Source of the DNA: Chloroflexota bacterium
GTDB taxonomy: Bacteria; Chloroflexota; Dehalococcoidia; GIF9; UBA5629
Assembly: GCA_037443085.1 (NCBI GenBank)
Contig: JBBIPA010000003.1
Coordinates: forward strand, 26,534 to 89,500
Direction of reading: 5' to 3'
DNA: 62,967 nt
Shown here: positions 8,431-18,019 of the stretch, piece after piece
Layout of the letters: each line of letters begins with the position of its first letter
Position numbering within the stretch: the stretch's first letter is position 1
Made by a program: the position numbers and the translations under genes
Notes under the pieces: generated by a model
What the model was told of the DNA's origin: nothing
The model's input: the letters and a program-made list of their open reading frames with translations, nothing else
Database searches by the model: none

Positions 8431-10551
8431 ATGACCCCTAAAAAACAGGAGTCAGCGAGTCGCAAGAAGGGCAATAGCTCAGCCGCACCGATAGCGATAG
8501 CAGTGCTGGTCATCATCACCGCAGCAGTAATCTGGTGGTTTTTACCGAATATCCTCAAATGGGCTGAAAACACATGGAACAACCTGTTCAATTTGCTCGG
8601 CATCGGACTGGCGCTGATTGCCATCTATATCATCATTTTTGTGGTCATCATCTGGCGAAAGCACGGCTCATTGCTCACCAGGCACTGGAACAAATGGCTG
8701 GGCGCCATTTCGCTAACCTTCGCCCTATGGGGGCTGGCAGCTTTTATCAGACCTGACCTCGCCGGAACTTTTGGCAAAGGCATTATCAGCAATTCTCAAA
8801 CAATAGGAATATTGAGATTGGTGGGATTTGTCTTTCTGGGCGTTCTGCTAATAGCGCCCCGCCGCACCTGGCATGCCGTCGTGCTCTTTTTCAAAGCCAT
8901 AGGCAAAAGCATCTGGTTCTTATTTCGAGGCATCGGTGATGCCATAGCGCAGGCTATGGAGCGCCGCAAAGCTGCGCCCAAACCGGCTAAAGAAATCAAA
9001 ATCGCCAAAGAGGAAGCAGCACCACCGGAAATAGTGAGGGAAACTCCCCCTGCTCCCAGCACCACGCCGGCAACGGCAAAGCCACCTACTGCGGAGGTGT
9101 TTGAACCCAAGAAACAGCCGTCGCTCACTGTCGGAGGCTGGCAACTGCCACCCATCACCACACTGGATAAACCAGTGGAAACATCGGTCAGCGAATCAGA
9201 CGTAAAGAAGCGGGCAGACATTATTAAAGAAGCTCTCGCCAGCTATGGCGTTGACGCTGAAGTCGTTCAGATAAACATTGGACCTACAGTAACCCAGTTC
9301 GGCATTGAGCCTGGCTGGGATATTAAATATAAAGAGGTCAAGGAACGGGACAAGGACGGCAATATCAAGACCAGGCTACAGGAAGTAGCCAGGACCAGAA
9401 TCAAGGTGGAGCGAATCACCTCGCTGGCCAATGACCTGGCTCTGGCGCTGGCGGCATCCAGCATCAGGATTGAAGCCCCGGTCCCGGGCAAATCCATCGT
9501 CGGCATCGAGGTACCCAACAGCACTTTCGGCTCGGTAAACCTGCGCAGCATCATCGAATCACAGGCATTCCAGAAAATCCTGGCCAAGTCGAAGCTAGCC
9601 ATAGCCCTGGGCAAGGGCGCTGGCGGCGAAACCGTTGCCGCCGATCTGACCAAGATGCCCCACCTGCTGGTGGCTGGAGCCACCGGCAGCGGCAAAACCG
9701 TCTACCTTAATTCCATTATCTGCTGCTTGCTGCTGTTCAACACCCCAGACGACCTGCGTTTCATCATGATTGACCCCAAGCGGGTGGAGCTGGTGAACTT
9801 CAATACCCTGCCTCACCTGATAGCACCTGTCGTTGTTGATACAGATAAGGCAGTAGCAGCTCTACGCTGGCTCACCGAGGAAATGGATGAGCGCTATCGC
9901 AAGTTTGCCCAGGCTGGAGCACGCAATATCGAAAACTATAACAAGAGCCGCCGGCCCGGCGAGGCCATGCCCTACATCGTGCTGGTTATCGATGAGTTAG
10001 CCGACTTAATGATGACTGCCTTTGACGAGGTTCAGCATACGCTGTGCCGCCTCGCTCAGCTATCCCGAGCCACCGGCATTCACCTCATCGTCGCCACGCA
10101 ACGACCATCGGTTGATGTGGTCACCGGCCTGATTAAAGCCAACTTCCCCACCCGCATCAGCTTCACTCTCACCTCACAGGTGGACTCGCGCACCATACTG
10201 GATAGTACCGGCGCTGAAAAGCTGCTGGGCAGGGGCGACATGCTCTATATGCCCACCGATGCCAGCAAGCCCAAGCGCCTCCAGGGTCCCTTCCTCTCCG
10301 ATGCCGAAATCGACCGGCTCACCAGTTTCTGGGGCGAGCAAAGAAAAGCAGACATGGTACCGGTGAAATTCGAAGATGTCAGCCTACCGGCTGCTGCCGC
10401 AGCCGACTCCGATGACACCCTGCTGGAAGCTGCCCGGAAGCTGGCTGAGGAGCATGAGCAGATTTCGGTTTCCTTCCTGCAGCGCCGCCTCCGCATCGGC
10501 TACCCCCGCGCCGCCCGCCTCTACGACAAGCTCAAAGAAGAAGGGTATTAG
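8431..10551 (+). CDS. ftsK: DNA translocase FtsK/SpoIIIE
   Basis: N-terminal TM helices, Pro/Ala-rich linker, motor domain (VAGATGSGKT, VIDELADLMM, IVATQRPSVDV) and a gamma winged-helix C-terminus. Confidence 0.95.
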   Translation: MTPKKQESASRKKGNSSAAPIAIAVLVIITAAVIWWFLPNILKWAENTWNNLFNLLGIGLALIAIYIIIFVVIIWRKHGSLLTRHWNKWLGAISLTFALWGLAAFIRPDLAGTFGKGIISNSQTIGILRLVGFVFLGVLLIAPRRTWHAVVLFFKAIGKSIWFLFRGIGDAIAQAMERRKAAPKPAKEIKIAKEEAAPPEIVRETPPAPSTTPATAKPPTAEVFEPKKQPSLTVGGWQLPPITTLDKPVETSVSESDVKKRADIIKEALASYGVDAEVVQINIGPTVTQFGIEPGWDIKYKEVKERDKDGNIKTRLQEVARTRIKVERITSLANDLALALAASSIRIEAPVPGKSIVGIEVPNSTFGSVNLRSIIESQAFQKILAKSKLAIALGKGAGGETVAADLTKMPHLLVAGATGSGKTVYLNSIICCLLLFNTPDDLRFIMIDPKRVELVNFNTLPHLIAPVVVDTDKAVAALRWLTEEMDERYRKFAQAGARNIENYNKSRRPGEAMPYIVLVIDELADLMMTAFDEVQHTLCRLAQLSRATGIHLIVATQRPSVDVVTGLIKANFPTRISFTLTSQVDSRTILDSTGAEKLLGRGDMLYMPTDASKPKRLQGPFLSDAEIDRLTSFWGEQRKADMVPVKFEDVSLPAAAAADSDDTLLEAARKLAEEHEQISVSFLQRRLRIGYPRAARLYDKLKEEGY

Positions 10552-10583
10552 CCTACTCAAGTCCAGTCCTTTCCCTACCCCCT

Positions 10584-10614
10584 GTCATCATGAGGAGCGA
10601 AGCGACGTGATGAT
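10584..10614. repeat. Small palindromic intergenic element (TCATCA-N17-TGATGA, gaggagcgaagcgacg core)
   Basis: Hairpin seen directly in the sequence. It lies in the 412-nt non-coding gap after ftsK. Confidence 0.5.
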
Positions 10615-10683
10615 CCCTTCACAAGTACAAAGACTTCTCAACACCCCTATCCCCTCACGGATTGTATTTGGAGATGTGCAGGG

Positions 10684-10717
10684 ATTGCCACACCCCGATT
10701 TCATCGGGATCCGCAAT
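10684..10717. repeat. Nested palindromic REP-like element ATTGC..CCCGAT-ttc-ATCGGG..GCAAT, copy 1
   Basis: Outer stem 10684-10688/10713-10717 and inner stem 10694-10699/10703-10708. The related copy at 13741-13780 is in the opposite orientation. Confidence 0.7.
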
Positions 10718-10898
10718 GACAGTGATGTTTTAGTATTGCCGCCATGAATAAGACAGGCTAGCTCAAGGCCAGTCTTTACAGGTCTTCCAACGTCAGGTAT
10801 TATGTAAACGGTGAAGATGTGGGAGTGCCCGTAACCGAGATTTAGCTGGAGTCGACGACCAATATAAGCATCTATCCAGCAGCGGGTATCGAGTGTGT

Positions 10899-10920
10899 GG
10901 TCACCTCGGGGAGGTGACTC
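10899..10920. repeat. Hairpin GGTCACCTC-ggg-GAGGTGACT, left bracket of the AT-rich orphan gene
   Basis: Its reverse complement GAGTCACCTCCCCGAGGTGACC matches GAGTCACCTCCCGATGTGCTC at 11611-11631 (first 12 nt identical). Confidence 0.55.
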
Positions 10921-10963
10921 TCACAAAACCCACTCGAGAGTCGGGGCGTCACAGAGAAGTGAC

Positions 10964-11551
10964 TTACAAAGACTTTTCATATTCGGCTACCAATGATGTT
11001 ATTTCATCGCCAATCTTTGTCGGTCCTTCTTGTGCAGTATGAGGCCAGAATTCCTTGCCTATTGGTCTATAAGTAAAATTCTTCTCAGTTTGCTCAGCTT
11101 GTTGACCAACAAATATAATTTGTTTACGACGAGTATTTCTATTTCCTTCATAATGGTAGGGAGAGAGAATCTGAATTAGTAAGACAGGAGTTTTTGAGTT
11201 ATGCACATATTGCCAAGCTTTAACTAAGTTATGGATGGGATATGCTCTGTGCTTCTCTACTTCAATAAAAACATCGTACTGATTTATTTTGGAGCGTCCC
11301 CAAAGATCTATCCTTTGCTTCCCGATACCGACAGGGCCATTTTGCCTCGACCAAATTAAGGCCGACAACTTTTTCTTAAGATACTCCATCAATGCTTCTT
11401 CGTCGAGATAGTTGGCAATTTGCATTGATGTACTTCTTGCGGCTTTTCTCAGTTGTGCTTTCGCCACTTTCTTATCCCATCTCTGGCCTATTTTTGCCTC
11501 TTCTTCCTGACTTAATTGGCTATAGCTCTTCATAGAAAAAATCTCCTCCAA
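10964..11551 (-). CDS. Hypothetical protein, possible PD-(D/E)XK nuclease fold (orphan, AT-rich)
   Basis: 195 aa. IDLWGRSKINQYDVFIEVEKH fits D-(X)n-E-X-K. G+C is markedly lower than in the flanks (19/60 in row 11101-11160 versus 38/60 in row 10441-10500, counted by hand). Confidence 0.55.
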   Translation of the reverse strand: MEEIFSMKSYSQLSQEEEAKIGQRWDKKVAKAQLRKAARSTSMQIANYLDEEALMEYLKKKLSALIWSRQNGPVGIGKQRIDLWGRSKINQYDVFIEVEKHRAYPIHNLVKAWQYVHNSKTPVLLIQILSPYHYEGNRNTRRKQIIFVGQQAEQTEKNFTYRPIGKEFWPHTAQEGPTKIGDEITSLVAEYEKSL

Positions 11552-11610
11552 CGGATAAAAATAAACTCAGTGTAACGTAGCCCAATGACTATAACACTTC
11601 CTTACTGTAT

Positions 11611-11631
11611 GAGTCACCTCCCGATGTGCTC
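11611..11631. repeat. Degenerate hairpin GAGTCAC-ctcccgat-GTGCTC, right bracket of the orphan gene
   Basis: Related to 10899-10920 (inverted). It sits 3 nt downstream of the uvrB stop. Confidence 0.5.
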
Positions 11632-11634
11632 TGT

Positions 11635-13626
11635 CTACCTCTTCACAAACGGTGACAGTAATTCCTCATCTTTGCGCAGCTCGATGATGCGGTCGCGAAT
11701 CAGGGCTGCCTTCTCGAATTCCATGTTCTTGGCGGCTTTTCTCATTTGAGACTCCAGGTCTTTGATGACCCGGAGCAACTCGTCCCTGGATATCGGCGTC
11801 GCCGTATAGGGAACCTTGGCCTCGGCAACCACCTTGACGCGCTCGGTAATGTCTTTAATGGCTTTCTTGATGCCCGTAGGGGTTATGCCGTGCTCCTTAT
11901 TATATGCTTCCTGGATGCGGCGGCGGCGCAGCGTCTCCTCCATGGCCTCACGCATGGAGTTGGTCACGTTATCGGCATACATGATAACCTGCCCGTCAGC
12001 ATGGCGGGCGGCTCTGCCCATGGTCTGGATGAGCGCTCCGGTTGACCTTAAATACCCTTCCTTATCAGCATCCAGAATCGCCACCAGGCTGACCTCGGGC
12101 AAATCCAGGCCTTCACGCAGCAGGTTTATGCCCACCACCACATCATAGACACCGAGACGGAGGTCGCGCAAAATCTCCACCCGCTCCAAGGTATCCACCT
12201 CGGAATGCAAATAATGGGTCTTTATCTCCATTTCCCTCAGGTAGTCAGCCAGCTCTTCCGCCATCCGCTTGGTCAGCGTGGTCACCAGGCAGCGCTCGCT
12301 TCTGGCTACCCTGGTTTTTATCTGGTAGATAAGGTCGTCTATTTGCCCCCTGGTCGGCTTCACCTCAATGGTAGGCTCCAGCAATCCGGTGGGACGAATC
12401 AACTGCTCGGCTACCTGCTGGCCATGCTCATACTCATAAGGTCCGGGAGTGGCGGAAACATAGATGACATGGTTGATGCGACCTTCAAACTCATCGAAGT
12501 TCAAGGGGCGGTTGTCCAGCGCTGAAGGCAGGCGAAAGCCGTAATCCACCAGCGTCTGTTTCCGGGAGATATCACCACGGTACATACCCCGTATCTGGGG
12601 CAGCGTCATGTGCGACTCGTCGATGAACAGCAAAAAATCATCGGGAAAATAGTCCAGCAATGTCCAGGGCGGGCTGCCCGGCGCACGGCGCTGCAGATGC
12701 CGGGAATAGTTTTCGATAGCATTGCAGTATCCAAACTCCCGCAGCATCTCCAGGTCATAGTTAGTGCGCGTCTCCAGACGCTGCACTTCCACCAGTTTCC
12801 CCTGGCTTTTCAGTTCCTGCAATCGTGCTGCCAGTTCAACTTTAATATCCGCTATAGCCAGCAGCAGCTTTTCCTGAGAAGTGACAAAATGCTTGGCGGG
12901 ATAAACATCAATCTCCTCACGGACAGCCAGCATCTCGCCGGTGAGCGGGTCAACCTCGACGATACGCTCCACCTCATCCCCCCAGAACTCAATTCTCACC
13001 GCTATCTCCTCATAAGCTGGATAAATTTCCAGCGTATCGCCACGGATGCGAAACTTCCCCCGCGAAAACTCAAAGTCGTTCCTCTCATACTGCATGTCCA
13101 CCAGCCGTCGCACCAGCTTGTCGCGTTTATACCCCTCACCTTTTTTCACGGTAACCACAAAGCTGCGATACTCCTCAGGTTCGCCCAGGCCATAGATGCA
13201 GGATACCGAGGCTACGATTAAAGTATCCCGGCGACTTAACAAAGCCCGGGTAGCAGCATGGCGCAGCTTATCTATTTCTTCATTTATGTCGATATCCTTC
13301 TCAATATAGGTATCGGTGCTGGGCAGATAGGCTTCAGGCTGGTAATAGTCATAGTAGCTGACGAAGTACTCTACGGCATTGTCGGGAAAGAATTCCTGGA
13401 ACTCCGTAGCCAGTTGCGCCGCCAGCGTCTTGTTATGGCAGATTACCAGCGTCGGTCGCTGCAATCTTTCCACCACATTCGCCATAGTGAAGGTTTTGCC
13501 GCTGCCGGTGACCCCGAGCAATACTTGTTTGCTATACCCCTTCCCTATCCCCTCCACCAGCTTGTCTACCGCCTGCGGCTGGTCCCCGGTGAGCTTGAAA
13601 TCAGAGACAATTTTGAATGGAGGCAT
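11635..13626 (-). CDS. uvrB: Excinuclease ABC subunit B
   Basis: 663 aa with [12 protein letters not shown] Walker A, helicase motifs, beta-hairpin region and the C-terminal UVR domain ([13 protein letters not shown]). Confidence 0.98.
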   Translation of the reverse strand: MPPFKIVSDFKLTGDQPQAVDKLVEGIGKGYSKQVLLGVTGSGKTFTMANVVERLQRPTLVICHNKTLAAQLATEFQEFFPDNAVEYFVSYYDYYQPEAYLPSTDTYIEKDIDINEEIDKLRHAATRALLSRRDTLIVASVSCIYGLGEPEEYRSFVVTVKKGEGYKRDKLVRRLVDMQYERNDFEFSRGKFRIRGDTLEIYPAYEEIAVRIEFWGDEVERIVEVDPLTGEMLAVREEIDVYPAKHFVTSQEKLLLAIADIKVELAARLQELKSQGKLVEVQRLETRTNYDLEMLREFGYCNAIENYSRHLQRRAPGSPPWTLLDYFPDDFLLFIDESHMTLPQIRGMYRGDISRKQTLVDYGFRLPSALDNRPLNFDEFEGRINHVIYVSATPGPYEYEHGQQVAEQLIRPTGLLEPTIEVKPTRGQIDDLIYQIKTRVARSERCLVTTLTKRMAEELADYLREMEIKTHYLHSEVDTLERVEILRDLRLGVYDVVVGINLLREGLDLPEVSLVAILDADKEGYLRSTGALIQTMGRAARHADGQVIMYADNVTNSMREAMEETLRRRRIQEAYNKEHGITPTGIKKAIKDITERVKVVAEAKVPYTATPISRDELLRVIKDLESQMRKAAKNMEFEKAALIRDRIIELRKDEELLSPFVKR

Positions 13627-13740
13627 AAAATCAACCTTTTAGCATATTATGTTAATTAACAGGTGGCTCTTTTTTTCTTTATCCTAATTATAACCGAGTT
13701 TTGGTCAAGCAGTACTTCCATTACAGAAAACCAACGCGTT

Positions 13741-13780
13741 ATTGCGAGGAATCCCGATGAAATCGGGATGACGAAGCAAT
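13741..13780. repeat. Nested palindromic REP-like element ATTGC..ATCCCGAT-gaa-ATCGGGAT..GCAAT, copy 2
   Basis: Same family as 10684-10717, inverted. Located between uvrB and ruvA. Confidence 0.7.
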
Positions 13781-13809
13781 CTTTAGGTTAACTGAACAAC
13801 TTTGAGAAC

Positions 13810-14394
13810 CTAAGTCCGGGCAAGCTGCTGCAATGCCAGCTTTACCTTCTCTTCCAGCTTCAAACCTTTGGAATCGGAAAGTGCCGAAACAGCCTGGGTG
13901 GCTTCCCTCAGAGAATAGCCCAATCCAGTGAGAGCAGCAACCACGTCGGCATCTTCTTGCTGTAAAGACGGGGCAATAGCAGTGCCCCATTCTTTTGCCA
14001 GCTTACCCTTCAACTCCAGCACGATGCGTCCCGCTGTCTTCTTGCCGATGCCTGGAACCTGGCTGAGCAGGTCAAGATTACCACCCTCGATAGCGGCAAT
14101 CAACTGGTCAGGGCTGATAGTGGATAAAACCCCCAGGGCGGTGCGGGGACCTATACCGGAAACGGTAATCAGGCTCTGGAACAGTCCCAGTTCCTCGGCT
14201 GAAGAAAAACCATAGAGGGCAATATTATCCTCCCGCACATAGAGATGGGTGTGGAGATAGACCTTGTCACCCACGTTGCCGAGCTGGCTTAATGTCGAGG
14301 TGGGAGCAGCAACACTGAGACTCAGCGGCCCTACTTTAACTACAGCCGAACTGTTACCACGACTTTGCAGCGTTCCTTCTAAGGCAACTATCAT
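13810..14394 (-). CDS. ruvA: Holliday junction DNA helicase subunit RuvA
   Basis: 194 aa with an OB-fold N-terminus, HhH motifs (LITVSGIGPRTA, LSQVPGIGKKTAGRI) and a C-terminal domain III. Confidence 0.95.
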   Translation of the reverse strand: MIVALEGTLQSRGNSSAVVKVGPLSLSVAAPTSTLSQLGNVGDKVYLHTHLYVREDNIALYGFSSAEELGLFQSLITVSGIGPRTALGVLSTISPDQLIAAIEGGNLDLLSQVPGIGKKTAGRIVLELKGKLAKEWGTAIAPSLQQEDADVVAALTGLGYSLREATQAVSALSDSKGLKLEEKVKLALQQLART

Positions 14395-14403
14395 CGCAAC
14401 TCC

Positions 14404-14901
14404 TCACTTAGATGTCATCAGGCGGCGGTTAAAATTACTCTGGTAGATATGGCAGATGGCAACAGCCAGCGCATCAGCAGCATCCTCAGAATGAAGAACC
14501 TCCTCAACCCCCAACTGCATCCTTACCAGTCGCTGCACCTGCTCCTTGCTGCTGCCCCCGTAGTCAGTCACCTGCTGTTTCACCTGCGCCGGCAGATAAC
14601 GGAAAATAGGGATTTCCTTATTGGCTGCTGCCAGAATGGCGATTGCCTGCGCCCTGCCTATGGCTAACGCCGAGCGGGCATTCATGGCCACAAAAGGCTC
14701 TTCAATAGCCACCTCGTCCGGCCGATACCGGGCAATAATGTCACATAGTTTCTGATAGAAATCACACAATCTGTTTTCGATGGGAACTTTTGCGGGCAGG
14801 GAAAACACACCACAATCCACCATGGATAGCTTCCCCTCCATCTCATCCACCACACCATAACCCAGATTTAAGGTGCCCGGGTCAATGCCGAGAACACGCA
14901 T
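14404..14901 (-). CDS. ruvC: Crossover junction endodeoxyribonuclease RuvC
   Basis: 165 aa with MRVLGIDPG...YGV catalytic Asp and DAADALAVAICH at the C-terminal end. Confidence 0.95.
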   Translation of the reverse strand: MRVLGIDPGTLNLGYGVVDEMEGKLSMVDCGVFSLPAKVPIENRLCDFYQKLCDIIARYRPDEVAIEEPFVAMNARSALAIGRAQAIAILAAANKEIPIFRYLPAQVKQQVTDYGGSSKEQVQRLVRMQLGVEEVLHSEDAADALAVAICHIYQSNFNRRLMTSK

Positions 14902-14903
14902 GA

Positions 14904-15656
14904 TTATACCTGAACCCGCAGCTTTTCCAGGACAGCTTCAGAGTAATCCACATTGGAGAAAACGCGCTGAACATCATCCAGTTCTTCCAGATGGTCAAGC
15001 AGCTTCAAAACCTTAAGCGCCCCATGTTCATCCACCATCACCGTGCTCTTGGGCACCAGGGAAACCTCGGCTGAAATAATGGGCTTCTTCTGCTCTATAG
15101 CTTTCCGTACTGCTTCCAGCTTCTGTGGGTTCACCAGGACTTCCAGATACCCCTTCTCGGTTTGCACATCATCAGCGCCGGCATCTATAGCCAGTAACGC
15201 CAATTCTTCAGCATCGACACCTTTAGTGTCTACCGTAATAACGCCTCGGCTCTCAAAGAGCCAGGAGACACAACCGCTCTCGCCGAGATTACCGCCATGC
15301 TTAGTAAATACGCTGCGCACGTCGGAAAGAGTACGATTACGATTATCAGTCATCGCCTCAACCATCACTGCCACACCATTAGCCCCATATCCTTCAAGGG
15401 TAAGCTCGGTCAGGGTCGAGGCATCGGTGGCACCGCTGCCTTTTTTGATGGCTCTCTCAATATTGTCCAGCGGCATATTGCTGTCACGAGCCCTCTGGAC
15501 TGCCAGTCGCAAGCGGAAATTGGATTCGGGATTAGGCCCACCCTGACGGGCAGCTACCATAATCTCTCGAGTAAGCTTGGTAAAGAGCTGCCCGCGACTA
15601 GCATCTGACGTACCCTTTTGACGCTTAATTTTTGACCACTTAGAATGACCTGACAT
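14904..15656 (-). CDS. YebC/PmpR (TACO1) family transcriptional regulator
   Basis: 250 aa starting MSGHSKWSKIKRQKG, the family signature. Classical position upstream of ruvC. Confidence 0.93.
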   Translation of the reverse strand: MSGHSKWSKIKRQKGTSDASRGQLFTKLTREIMVAARQGGPNPESNFRLRLAVQRARDSNMPLDNIERAIKKGSGATDASTLTELTLEGYGANGVAVMVEAMTDNRNRTLSDVRSVFTKHGGNLGESGCVSWLFESRGVITVDTKGVDAEELALLAIDAGADDVQTEKGYLEVLVNPQKLEAVRKAIEQKKPIISAEVSLVPKSTVMVDEHGALKVLKLLDHLEELDDVQRVFSNVDYSEAVLEKLRVQV

Positions 15657-15848
15657 TTCTCTTGCCCACCTCTGATGGCATCATTCTACTCCCAACAACA
15701 TAGCCCTGCAACTAAATTTTTTTCACCTCGCCGAAAAGTTACCTACATAATAGCAAATAATTGGAATTTTGCTAATATACAGAAAAGTTTCTGCACCTCT
15801 TCAGAAAACGTTTTTTAATGATATAATGCCTATCAAACTAGAGGCATC

Positions 15849-16382
15849 ATGCTTGACTGGCTATTAAACTTAAATGTTTCCCGGGAACTTATCGTCATCA
15901 TTATCGCGGTGCTGCCGGTATTTGAGCTGCGCGGCGCTTTGCCTGTGGCCATAAATCTATTCCAGATGCCGTGGTACTGGGCTTTCCCGCTGGCTCTCGT
16001 AAGCAACATGCTGCCCGTGCCCATCATATTACTGTTCCTGGACTATCTGGTAAGATTTGTCAGCAAAGTGCACTTGGGAGAACGATTAGCCAACTGGATT
16101 CTGGAACGCACCCGAGCGCGCAGCCGGATTATCCAGAAATATGAGCGAATCGGCTTAATCATCTTCGTGTCTATTCCGCTACCCTTCACCGGCGCCTGGA
16201 CAGGAGCCATTGCCGCTTTCCTCCTTGGCATGAAATTCCACCATGCCTTTCTGGCAATACTCTGCGGTGTAATAATAGCCGGCGCCATTGTCACCTCTCT
16301 CTGTCTCCTGGGATGGATTGGAGCCTTGATTGCCGGGGTAGGGCTATGCGCTCTGGCCGTGCTCGGCTGGTGGAAAATATAG
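15849..16382 (+). CDS. Small multidrug-export-like membrane protein (COG2426 / Sm_multidrug_ex family)
   Basis: 177 aa with a PVFELRGALPVA motif and several TM helices. A TATAAT-type -10 lies about 25 nt upstream. Confidence 0.7.
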   Translation: MLDWLLNLNVSRELIVIIIAVLPVFELRGALPVAINLFQMPWYWAFPLALVSNMLPVPIILLFLDYLVRFVSKVHLGERLANWILERTRARSRIIQKYERIGLIIFVSIPLPFTGAWTGAIAAFLLGMKFHHAFLAILCGVIIAGAIVTSLCLLGWIGALIAGVGLCALAVLGWWKI

Positions 16383-16579
16383 CCGCAACTCATTATGTAT
16401 TCGCTGAGTAAGTGTGTTAAGGGCAAAATTGCTTAACCCCTGCTTTTATGCTATAAATACACTCCCGGGAGTATATTCCCTGAGCTACTCTGAGCAGTCT
16501 TCTGTTTAGCCATTTGATACAAACTTAACAGTTCAGAGTTGCTGCTAAACCGCAATTTAACCTTGCAAGGAGGTTTTTG

Positions 16580-18007
16580 ATGTCAGGAATTGTTTCTTAC
16601 GGAGCTTATGTGCCGCTATGGCGGCTGAGTCGAGACGCCATAGCCAGTGCCTGGGGCAGACAGTCATTAGGTGGCGAGCGCAGTGTCGCCAATAACGATG
16701 AGGACACTGTGACCATGGCAGTTGAGGCAGTAGTCGACTGTCTCCATGGTATCGACCGCAACAGCATTGATGGTCTGTACTTCGCCTCTACCACACCCCC
16801 TTTCAAGGAAAAACAAAGCGCTGCCTTAGTCGCCGCTGCTGCCGACCTCAGATCCGATATTATCACTGCCGACTTCGGCAACAGCCTGCGCGCTGGCACC
16901 AGTGCCCTCAGGGCAGCATTGGACGCAGTCAATAGTGGCACAGCCAAAAATATCATTGTGGTTGCCACCGATTGCCGCCTGGCTTATCCCCGCTCCGACT
17001 ACGAACAGAATTTTGGCGATGCCGCAGCGGCATTGCTGATTAGCAGTGCTGGCAAGCCCATTGCCACGGTAGCAGGCAACCATGCCATCTCCAATGACAT
17101 GTATGATGTGTGGCGATTGGATAAGGACACGTTCGTTCAATCCTGGGAGGACCGCTTCATAATGGAGCATGGCTACATGGAAAACACCACTAAAGCAGTA
17201 GCCGGTCTCCTGAAGAAACTCAACCAATCGCCTGAATCCATCAGCAAAGCTGTGTTCTATGGTCCCAATACCAGGGCACAGCAACAGCTCGCCAGCAAAC
17301 TTAAATTCGACCCCAAAACTCAGCTTCAGGACTTGCTCATCGGCAAAATGGGAGTCTGTGGCTGCGCCCACACCCTGCTTATGCTAGTGGCAGCGCTCGA
17401 AGATACCAAAGGTGGCAATAGCCTGCTGATAGCCAGCTATGGGGATGGCAGCGATGCCTTCTTAATACAAACAACTGATGAAGTTCAGAAAATAAAGGGG
17501 AATAGACGAGGGGCTAATGGTTACCTGGCATCAAGGCAATCATTGCCCAGCTACGAAAAATACCTCAGCTACCGCGGGGTACTGGAGCCACAGCCCGCGG
17601 AACCTTTCCGCCTGTTTCCATCATCAAGCGCCAGCTGGCGGGAACGCAATTCATCCATCCGCTTCCATGGCAGCAAATGTAAAAGCTGCGGTACAATAAC
17701 TTATCCTGTGCAGAGAGTATGTTATGAGTGCCGTTCCAAGGATAATTACGAAGAGGTACGGCTATCTGACCAGAAAGGGAAAATTTTTACTTTTACTCTG
17801 GACAATCTGGCAGGAAGAAGCGATGACCCGGTGGTACCCCAGCTAGTTATCGAATCTGAGCTGGAAAAGGCCAGGATATACAGCCTGATGACCGATTTTG
17901 ATGCTAAGGAGATAAAAATCGGCATGCCCGTGGAAATGACGTTCCGAAGAATCTATGAAGGAGCCGGCATGTATAACTATTTCTGGAAATGCCGACCAGT
18001 GAGATAA
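16580..18007 (+). CDS. HMG-CoA synthase-like domain fused to a DUF35 (Zn-ribbon + OB-fold) domain; catalytic triad apparently absent
   Basis: N-terminal about 320 aa align by eye with archaeal HMGCS (GIVSYGAYVP, NDEDTVTMAVEA, GDAAAALLIS, YGDGSDAF). The C-terminus carries CKSCGTITYPVQRVCYECRS plus an OB-fold (DUF35). ATG at 16580 lies 6 nt after AAGGAGG. Confidence 0.75.
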   Translation: MSGIVSYGAYVPLWRLSRDAIASAWGRQSLGGERSVANNDEDTVTMAVEAVVDCLHGIDRNSIDGLYFASTTPPFKEKQSAALVAAAADLRSDIITADFGNSLRAGTSALRAALDAVNSGTAKNIIVVATDCRLAYPRSDYEQNFGDAAAALLISSAGKPIATVAGNHAISNDMYDVWRLDKDTFVQSWEDRFIMEHGYMENTTKAVAGLLKKLNQSPESISKAVFYGPNTRAQQQLASKLKFDPKTQLQDLLIGKMGVCGCAHTLLMLVAALEDTKGGNSLLIASYGDGSDAFLIQTTDEVQKIKGNRRGANGYLASRQSLPSYEKYLSYRGVLEPQPAEPFRLFPSSSASWRERNSSIRFHGSKCKSCGTITYPVQRVCYECRSKDNYEEVRLSDQKGKIFTFTLDNLAGRSDDPVVPQLVIESELEKARIYSLMTDFDAKEIKIGMPVEMTFRRIYEGAGMYNYFWKCRPVR

Positions 18008-18019
18008 GGAGAGAGAATC

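Noticed and set aside
10723-10898. An unassigned ~175-nt stretch after the REP elements, checked for tRNA-like, tmRNA, SRP or riboswitch features.
   Set aside because: I found no cloverleaf and no recognisable conserved motifs, only local stems (CGAGTG/CACTCG around the 10899-10920 hairpin). Evidence is insufficient to call an RNA gene.
12610-13221. 203-aa plus-strand ORF inside uvrB, and similar long ORFs at 13258-13659, 17843-18478, 23531-24073, 34036-35077, 35611-36327 and 48570-49187.
   Set aside because: All lie antisense to or out of frame with strongly supported conserved genes. They have low-complexity or Arg/Ser/Pro-rich composition and no start context, which marks them as typical shadow ORFs.
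10584-13780. The palindromic repeats (also 36341-36393, 38002-38050, 39653-39680) as a CRISPR array or remnants of one.
   Set aside because: The copies are isolated, differ in sequence family, are internally palindromic with nested stems and are not regularly spaced. No cas genes are present. This is REP-like behaviour.
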